From NCBI GenBank assembly GCA_026416845.1, contig JAOAEL010000001.1, forward strand, positions 117,940-181,939: a stretch of DNA of 64,000 nucleotides, written 5' to 3'. Every line of letters starts with the position of its first letter. The stretch's first letter is position 1. Origin of the DNA: Patescibacteria group bacterium. GTDB lineage: Bacteria; Patescibacteriota; Microgenomatia; UBA8517. The notes under the pieces were generated by a model. It was not told where the DNA came from and did not search any database. It saw only the letters and a list, made by a program, of their open reading frames with translations. This document shows, one piece after another, positions 58,471-64,000 of this stretch. Both the position numbers and the translations under genes were made by a program.

Positions 58471-59061
58471 ATGTTACTCAAAAAGATAACAAGCAGTTTG
58501 GCAACATCTGGCGCTTTGTTGGTGTTGGCAACTGGAGCGGTATTTGCAAGCACAGATGTTACCATCTCGGGAAACGGAGAAGATTCAGTAAACACTGTGA
58601 AAGTTAACTTAACTAACACAACATCCGTTTACCAAAGCAATGCAACAAATGTCAAAAACGATGTCTCATCAAGTGCGTCAACCGGCTCAAACACCATTTC
58701 AAAAACAACAAATGGTAATGCCAAGATAGACACTGGGGACGCGACAAGCATGGTGTCTGTTATGGTTGCCGGCGGGAATAATCACCTGTCTAGCAATCCA
58801 TGCGGATGTGTAAATGGCGAAACGACAGTGACCGTCAAAAATAACGGAGCTGACTCAACCAACAAAGTAAAAGTGAAGTCTAAAAACACTTCACAACAAG
58901 GACAGCACGGAGAAACAAATGTATCAACATCTGTTTCTTCTAAAGCCAAAACCGGTAAAAATAAGGTTAAAAAAGCCACCGGTGGCAATTCTGAAGTCAA
59001 AACAGGTGACAGCGAAAGCGCCGTGTCTGTAATAGTAACCGGAGGCCATAATTATTTGTAA
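58471..59061 (+). CDS. Secreted two-repeat protein of an unrecognised N/T/S-rich repeat family (TGDA family)
   Basis: Signal peptide MLLKKITSSLATSGALLVLATGAVFA. Two ~80-aa repeats, each ending ...TG.N.....T.GN.....TGD..S.VSV.V.GG.N.L, plus a CGC pair. Strong RBS AAAGGAGGTG before the ATG. Confidence 0.6.
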   Translation: MLLKKITSSLATSGALLVLATGAVFASTDVTISGNGEDSVNTVKVNLTNTTSVYQSNATNVKNDVSSSASTGSNTISKTTNGNAKIDTGDATSMVSVMVAGGNNHLSSNPCGCVNGETTVTVKNNGADSTNKVKVKSKNTSQQGQHGETNVSTSVSSKAKTGKNKVKKATGGNSEVKTGDSESAVSVIVTGGHNYL

Positions 59062-59082
59062 TGAAAGCCTAACGGTTTAATC

Positions 59083-59122
59083 AAAAAACCTCCTGCCTAA
59101 GCGTAGGGGGTTTTTTATTTTT
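59083..59122. terminator. Bidirectional rho-independent terminator between the convergent 58471(+) and sortase(-) genes
   Basis: AAAAAA-CCTCCTGC-CTAA-GCGTAGGGGG-TTTTTTATTTTT: an 8-bp stem (with G-U pairs) flanked by an A-run on one side and a T-run on the other. Confidence 0.55.
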
Positions 59123-59129
59123 AGATAAA

Positions 59130-59681
59130 CTAGTCGACGGACAAAACAACAACCAATCTCTTGGAATCTTTATAGCCGCTACAAGTATACAAGGTAAGCT
59201 TTTTTTCTTCGCTCGATGGCGCAATAATTTTTGTATCCGTTGGCAAAACTTCCAAAACATCATCAACTTTATATTCAAACCAAGTTTTATTAGTTAAAAC
59301 AAAAACAGAGTCTCCTTTTTTTATATACTTTAAATTGCCAAACAAATTATCTTTTGCATGCCCAAATATGACCACATTGCCAATTTCTCCTGGATATGCG
59401 GACCCTACACCCCATCCAGCTTTATCATCAAACACCTCCCAATAACCACTTTTTACAAAAGATACTTGGACATTAACATTTAGTTTAAGATCTGGAATAA
59501 GTATTTTTTGCGGGATTTTTTCAGCGTCAATTTCATTGATTAAAGCAAATTCTTCCAGTGTTGCAACTTGATTAACAGATAAAACTGAAGCGTCCGCTTT
59601 TGGTTTAAACAAAAGCAACAAAACGCCAAGGGCAAAAAGACAAATGCCTATTGTAATTTTAGAAGGGTAATTTATTCTCAT
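59130..59681 (-). CDS. Sortase (cysteine transpeptidase), with an N-terminal membrane anchor
   Basis: Catalytic His in VIFGHAKDNLFGN, TLxTC-type Cys in KLTLYTCSG, Arg in RLVVVLS. The start is taken at the second Met (MRINYPSK); 59708 is also possible. Confidence 0.8.
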   Translation of the reverse strand: MRINYPSKITIGICLFALGVLLLLFKPKADASVLSVNQVATLEEFALINEIDAEKIPQKILIPDLKLNVNVQVSFVKSGYWEVFDDKAGWGVGSAYPGEIGNVVIFGHAKDNLFGNLKYIKKGDSVFVLTNKTWFEYKVDDVLEVLPTDTKIIAPSSEEKKLTLYTCSGYKDSKRLVVVLSVD

Positions 59682-60810
59682 TTTCACTCGCTTTTCCCGC
59701 CGAATCAATTATCATACCCAAACCCAAAACCAAAAACAAAATTCCAAACAAATAATTTAGATCCAAACTTTTTTCGCTTGAAGTTTTTGAAAGGCCCAAA
59801 ATTTCTCCGCCGCCAATGGCATTTTCGCCCAAAAAACTGGTTTTGCTTAAAAAATTTGCGTTATTGTTGTTTGCAGATCCGTCGTTTGGATTTTTAATGA
59901 TTGAATCTTCAGGAACAGTCGGAGGGTCATCAGGATCATCCCCATTATCAAAAAAACAACAATTAAAACTAATAAAATTTGAATTTATATAATCATTTCT
60001 TAAAAGAATATCTAAAAAAATATCGCCTGTAATTATTGCCGAATCTCCCAAATTGCCGCCAATGAAATTTTCACCACTATTTGCGTCAACAAAAACTTCA
60101 TTTAGAATCACTGAACTATTCTCAACAAAAACATTATTTTTTAAATTTTTGAAATTGTTTGCGCTACTCCCACCGACATAAGCGTTGTCAATAAACCTGA
60201 AACTTGAAGCATCTTCTGAAAGATTGGCAGGCAAACTAGAAATAGATGAATTAATTGGACCATTTTTTACAGATGTTACAACTTTTACATCCCCTGTTGT
60301 TATTTTTGTATTGCGAGAATTATCATTTGCTTTATTGAGACCAGTGTTTGCAACCCCAACAATTTTAGTTTTAATTACAGCGCTATTTTGAGAAACAAAA
60401 TTATTTGACAAATTGCTTGAAGAACTAACTGTATTTGTTGAATTAGAACCATTGTTATTAATGTTAACCTGCTGGTTTATCTTGGCAGTTTCACAACAAT
60501 TATCTTTAAAACCATTTTGATTTGATAAATTAATCGCGGTCTGACTAATTTTCGCGTCGCCAGTTTTTACGTTAACTTCATCTCCACTTTGATCAATTAA
60601 ATTTGATCCGGTGTTTGTATTAGAAAAGACATCGTTTTGAATAGATGAGTTGTTTGTTTGCAAAACATTTACCGAATTTGACAATTGAACAATCGCCTGA
60701 CTTGAAGAATCGGAACCGTTATCAGATATCGTCAACTCATACCCAAGCGCACACTTTGGTTGACATAAAAATATGAAAAAAAAGATTAGAAAAACAAAAA
60801 ATTTAGACAT
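59659..60810 (-). CDS. Secreted repeat protein, TGDA family (paralog)
   Basis: Signal peptide MSKFFVFLIFFFIFLCQPKCALG. Repeats ISDNGSDSS...NTNTGSNLIDQSGDEVNVKTGDAKISQ and NNGSNSTNTV...ANTGLNKANDNSRNTKITTGDVKVV. Has a CC pair and a C-terminal hydrophobic segment without LPxTG. Confidence 0.6.
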   Translation of the reverse strand: MSKFFVFLIFFFIFLCQPKCALGYELTISDNGSDSSSQAIVQLSNSVNVLQTNNSSIQNDVFSNTNTGSNLIDQSGDEVNVKTGDAKISQTAINLSNQNGFKDNCCETAKINQQVNINNNGSNSTNTVSSSSNLSNNFVSQNSAVIKTKIVGVANTGLNKANDNSRNTKITTGDVKVVTSVKNGPINSSISSLPANLSEDASSFRFIDNAYVGGSSANNFKNLKNNVFVENSSVILNEVFVDANSGENFIGGNLGDSAIITGDIFLDILLRNDYINSNFISFNCCFFDNGDDPDDPPTVPEDSIIKNPNDGSANNNNANFLSKTSFLGENAIGGGEILGLSKTSSEKSLDLNYLFGILFLVLGLGMIIDSAGKASENENKLPF

Positions 60811-60872
60811 AGCAAAAATTGCGTTCTGAGGAAATCTGAGATTAATACTTTTGAGGATTTTCCTTTAAAAAA

Positions 60873-63221
60873 TCACTTTCTCGAGAACATCGCAAGTATA
60901 GCGTTTTTGTTTTTTGCAATAAATAAACCCGTGAAAATTGGGATTAATGTCAGAAGCCATGCAAGATTTATGTTGATAGTTTTTTTCTCATTTCTGATTT
61001 CAGCACTTTCAACAAAGGCGTCTACATCACCAACAATCCCAGTTTCGCTTTGATCTTTAGAACCTGAAAATGCCAAAACTGATTTGTTGGAATTACTAGC
61101 TTTTTTCGATATCGCTTTATTTGAAAAAATCTTTTTATTTGATTCTTCCTTCATATTTGTAACTTCATTATAAACCTGAAAACCGGAAGTGTTTGGGTTT
61201 GCAAGAGTGCTACTTTTGTCTTTTTCGGCTACTCCTCCGCGTCCACTATCGTTAACTGAAGATGGCTTCGAACCAACATAATCAGGAGAGACAAAATTAC
61301 CAACCCAACTGCCAAACACATTTACAACTGTCACGAATAATCTGCCGCTACCGACTATATTGTTATTTACAAAGTTAACCAAATTGGCAACAATGTTTGC
61401 GTCTCCGGTAACAATATTTGTATTGCCACCGGTATTTTTGCTTGCCTGATTTTTGCCAGTATTAGCCGAAAGATTCAAATTATTAGTGACATTTGCAGTG
61501 TTTGATTGAACAATTGTATTGTTTGCGATTGAAGAGCTAAAAGCATTGTTAAATGAATTTGCGCCATTGCCATTATTTGAAGCATAAATTTCTCCATTTT
61601 CATCAACTAAAAACTCAATCCCATTTGATCCAGCCAAATTTGCGCCTTCAGGAGACCCCAATATTCTACCAACCCAATTTCCAGCCTGATTAATAAGAAC
61701 AAGCCACCAATCCCCGCCAACTATATTTGTGTTTGCAACATTGATAACTTGCGCAGTGACATTTGCATTCCCTGAATTAACAGTGTTATTGCCATCTGTA
61801 TTTTTACTCACTTCGTTTTCACCCGTGTTGGCGTCAAAAAACAAGTTGTTGTTTATATTGGCATTATTAAACTGATACAACTGATCGTTTGAACTGACAC
61901 TTGCATCCGCAGTGTTTGTAGAGTGTGCGCCATTGCCTGTATTTTGAACATTGCCAGACAAAAGACAACAAGGCAAACCAAATCCGAAAGGAGCAATTAT
62001 GTCTCCAACCAAATTGCCAAAAATATTTACAACACCATAAATCACATTGCCAGCTATGTTATTGTTTACAAAAGTCAAAGCGTTTGCAGAAACATTCGCA
62101 TCGCCAGTGGTAATTGTCACATCTCCGCCAGTATTTTTATCCGCATAATTTTTGCCGGTATTGGAATCAAGCTTAAGTGTGTTCAAAACCACAGCATCGT
62201 TAGTCTGAAATTTATTTGTGTTTAGCGCATAATCAAGCAAAGCGTTATTCGAAGAATTCGCGCCATTTTGATGGTTGGCAACATTACCTCCACCCAAAGT
62301 TGAACAGTTAACTATGCACGCATTGCCAAAATCCAAAACAATATCCCCAATGTGATCATCTTCAACATTAAACTCTGCAATAACCACCCCATCAACATTT
62401 GTGTTGACAGAAGTAATAATAGTGCCAGTTGTATTTGCGTTGCCTGTTTTAATGTTTACATTGCCAACATTTTTGGAAGCGGAATTTCCGCCAGTGTTAG
62501 TATCTTGAGAAACTGAATTTATAACAACAGCTTTATTGTCTTGAATTGTGTTTGAATTATTTTCAGAAACAAAAGCTCCATTGTTTGCAGAACCAGATCC
62601 ATTGCCTTCATTAACAACAGCAGAAGCACCACCTGCCAAGCCGGTAGGCACTGCCGATAAATTGCTGTTTGCAACCACAGCTCCGGTGACAGAATTTGTC
62701 GCATTGCCAGTTCTTAGATCAGTTTTACCCGAATTTCCATCTGAGTTTTGTCCCCCTGTAGAATTATCAACAGCCAAACTTTTAGGAGAAACTGAAGAAG
62801 ACTGCTGGTTCTCAGCAGGTGAACTTGAATTATCTGAAGCGGCAAAATCAGAGTTAATTGATCTATCTCTTTTTGTTTTTTCATTTGAACTTTCTGAATT
62901 TTTTGGTTTGGAATTATTACCAGATTGATCACCTTGAGAAGAACCAGAATTTTGGCTATCTGGCAAATTATTTAGACTGCCAGAGGGAATGGTAGGAGCA
63001 GTCGGGGCAACAGGAGGAATTGGAGCCGCAGGTGGAGTTGGAGACAAAGGCGGAGATGGCGCGTTGGGAGCCATAGGCGCCGACGGAGCAACCGGAGCGC
63101 TTGGCACTGATGGAATTTCAGAAGCCAAAACCCCTGCCACTTGCACAAATAAAATTACAAATATAGTAAAAAGGGCAATTATTCTTTTAGTTATACTTTT
63201 TATAAATTTTATAAATTGCAT
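60873..63221 (-). CDS. Large (782 aa) secreted surface protein: Pro-rich N-terminal tract, four or five ~110-aa TGDA-family repeats, and a C-terminal hydrophobic anchor
   Basis: Signal peptide, then PSVPSAPVAPSAPMAPNAPSPPLSPTPPAAPIPPVAPTAPTIPSG. Repeats such as LDSNTGKNYADKNTGGDVTITTGDANVSANALTFVNNNIAGNV and LSANTGKNQASKNTGGNTNIVTGDANIVANLVNFVNNNIVG. C-terminal LAWLLTLIPIFTGLFIAKNKN. Confidence 0.65.
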   Translation of the reverse strand: MQFIKFIKSITKRIIALFTIFVILFVQVAGVLASEIPSVPSAPVAPSAPMAPNAPSPPLSPTPPAAPIPPVAPTAPTIPSGSLNNLPDSQNSGSSQGDQSGNNSKPKNSESSNEKTKRDRSINSDFAASDNSSSPAENQQSSSVSPKSLAVDNSTGGQNSDGNSGKTDLRTGNATNSVTGAVVANSNLSAVPTGLAGGASAVVNEGNGSGSANNGAFVSENNSNTIQDNKAVVINSVSQDTNTGGNSASKNVGNVNIKTGNANTTGTIITSVNTNVDGVVIAEFNVEDDHIGDIVLDFGNACIVNCSTLGGGNVANHQNGANSSNNALLDYALNTNKFQTNDAVVLNTLKLDSNTGKNYADKNTGGDVTITTGDANVSANALTFVNNNIAGNVIYGVVNIFGNLVGDIIAPFGFGLPCCLLSGNVQNTGNGAHSTNTADASVSSNDQLYQFNNANINNNLFFDANTGENEVSKNTDGNNTVNSGNANVTAQVINVANTNIVGGDWWLVLINQAGNWVGRILGSPEGANLAGSNGIEFLVDENGEIYASNNGNGANSFNNAFSSSIANNTIVQSNTANVTNNLNLSANTGKNQASKNTGGNTNIVTGDANIVANLVNFVNNNIVGSGRLFVTVVNVFGSWVGNFVSPDYVGSKPSSVNDSGRGGVAEKDKSSTLANPNTSGFQVYNEVTNMKEESNKKIFSNKAISKKASNSNKSVLAFSGSKDQSETGIVGDVDAFVESAEIRNEKKTININLAWLLTLIPIFTGLFIAKNKNAILAMFSRK

Positions 63222-63297
63222 ATAATTTTTTTGTATTTTTTAGTTTCTTTACTTTAAAAAATTTTTAAACTTTATTTTTTATCTTCTACCTTCTGGT

Positions 63298-63335
63298 TTT
63301 GGGTGATCCGTCGAAGTGCAAACGAATCACCCAAA
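63298..63335. repeat. Perfect 10-bp inverted repeat TTTGGGTGAT ... ATCACCCAAA with an 18-nt loop, between two repeat-protein genes
   Basis: Read directly from the sequence. It lies 3' of the 63354 gene and 5' of the 60873 gene. No U-tract on either strand, so it is more likely an operator or RNA-processing hairpin than a classical terminator. Confidence 0.4.
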
Positions 63336-63353
63336 TACCTTATAAAGGCTGGT

Positions 63354-64000
63354 CTACCCCATAAGGAATTCCAAAAGATCTCTCAAATTAAACGAAATGT
63401 TTAAATTGAAACCATACATTGGAAATTCCCATTCAGGAGTTTCACCATAAACATTGGAATTACCACCGTTTGTAACTTCCACATAGCTTTCGGCATCACC
63501 GGTTTTGATATAAGGATCTGATCCATCATAACCAGTTCCTTTCTTGGATTCGTTATAACCAGTGCCTGCGTCAGCATAAACTAAATTGTCGACACCGTAA
63601 CCGCCATTTGATTGAAAAACGCCAAGAGAGTCATCAAAGACTGCTTCAATGTCGTTTCTCGAATCATAACCATTTCCATGGATTTTTGCCAAAACATCAA
63701 AAAGACATCCGCAATCAACGTCTGCCCAATTGAAGTTTGTCATTGTGTCAACAACCACATCCACAGTGGCATCTCCTGTCTCTATGACAAAGTCACCACC
63801 TGTGTTTTTGTTTGCTTTATTGGAACCAGTTCCGGCATCAACATCAACTTTGTTGTAAACAGAAGCTGAGTTGTTTTGCACAACATTTAGATCGTGACCA
63901 AAGTCTAGATCCAAATCGTTTCTGCTATCAGCGCCGTTTCCAACAACCCAAGCGCTAAGAGTTTTGGCTCCGTTTCCGTTAGCACCAACTCTTGCAGAAT
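63354..64000 (-). CDS. Partial CDS (C-terminal part; N-terminus lies beyond the window end): secreted repeat protein, TGDA family
   Basis: The frame is open to the window edge: ...NGNGAKTLSAWVVGNGADSRNDLDLDFGHD is upstream of the ORF-track TTG start. Repeats DAGTGSNKANKNTGGDFVIETGDATVDVVV and DAGTGYNESKKGTGYDGSDPYIKTGDAESYVEV, plus a CGC pair. Confidence 0.55.
   Translation of the reverse strand, partial: SARVGANGNGAKTLSAWVVGNGADSRNDLDLDFGHDLNVVQNNSASVYNKVDVDAGTGSNKANKNTGGDFVIETGDATVDVVVDTMTNFNWADVDCGCLFDVLAKIHGNGYDSRNDIEAVFDDSLGVFQSNGGYGVDNLVYADAGTGYNESKKGTGYDGSDPYIKTGDAESYVEVTNGGNSNVYGETPEWEFPMYGFNLNISFNLRDLLEFLMG

Noticed and set aside
59659-59708. 50-nt overlap between the sortase ORF (track start 59708) and the upstream repeat-protein gene
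   Set aside because: It is probably an artefact of the longest-ORF start. The second Met (59681) gives a normal sortase N-terminus (MRINYPSKITIGICLFALGVLLL signal anchor). I used that start, but it remains uncertain.
1-64000. CRISPR arrays, rRNA or tRNA genes, and IS or transposase genes
   Set aside because: No direct-repeat/spacer periodicity, no rRNA-like conserved blocks and no tRNA-like T-arm motifs were seen in the few intergenic gaps. No transposase, integrase or recombinase-like ORF is present in the track.

Overview
This is an AT-rich (roughly one-third GC), gene-dense bacterial window. Overlapping start/stop codons, GGAGG-type ribosome-binding sites and a lone trmD are consistent with a small Patescibacteria/CPR-like genome, but that assignment is inference only. 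The window has three parts. (1) Positions ~200-42,600 are a single minus-strand block of ~34 tightly packed, often 4-nt-overlapping genes, almost all for envelope glycan assembly. It holds about 16 multi-pass membrane proteins of GT-C type: six PMT/ArnT-like proteins with an N-terminal DE..GY.AYS motif, three with a DEGRDA-type motif, a YfhO-like protein and several others. It also holds about 10 GT2 enzymes (several polyprenol-phosphate-sugar-synthase-like, one fused to a GtrA domain), three GT4 enzymes, two Wzx-like flippases, an FAD oxidoreductase and an embedded DEDDh exonuclease. (2) Positions 42,700-52,200 carry a MacA/MacB/FtsX-like ABC exporter, trmD, a polysaccharide deacetylase, a complete rmlABCD dTDP-rhamnose operon, and a divergent galU. 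(3) Positions 52,500-64,000 are the most interesting part: a cell-surface fibre or matrix locus. It has two proteins with the SipW-cognate signal-peptide class (AFFSDTETS) typical of TasA/camelysin. It has a SipW-type signal peptidase fused through a Pro/Thr linker to a lamin-tail domain. It has a third TasA-like protein carrying 12 RTX calcium-binding nonapeptides, and a class-typical sortase. Finally it has at least four secreted proteins built from a repeat I do not recognise (asparagine-rich, with NTG.N...KNTGG....TGDA cores and Cys-Cys or Cys-x-Cys pairs). Several secreted proteins have Pro/Thr-rich linkers that would be natural O-glycosylation targets for the expanded PMT-like set. I found no CRISPR array, rRNA or tRNA.
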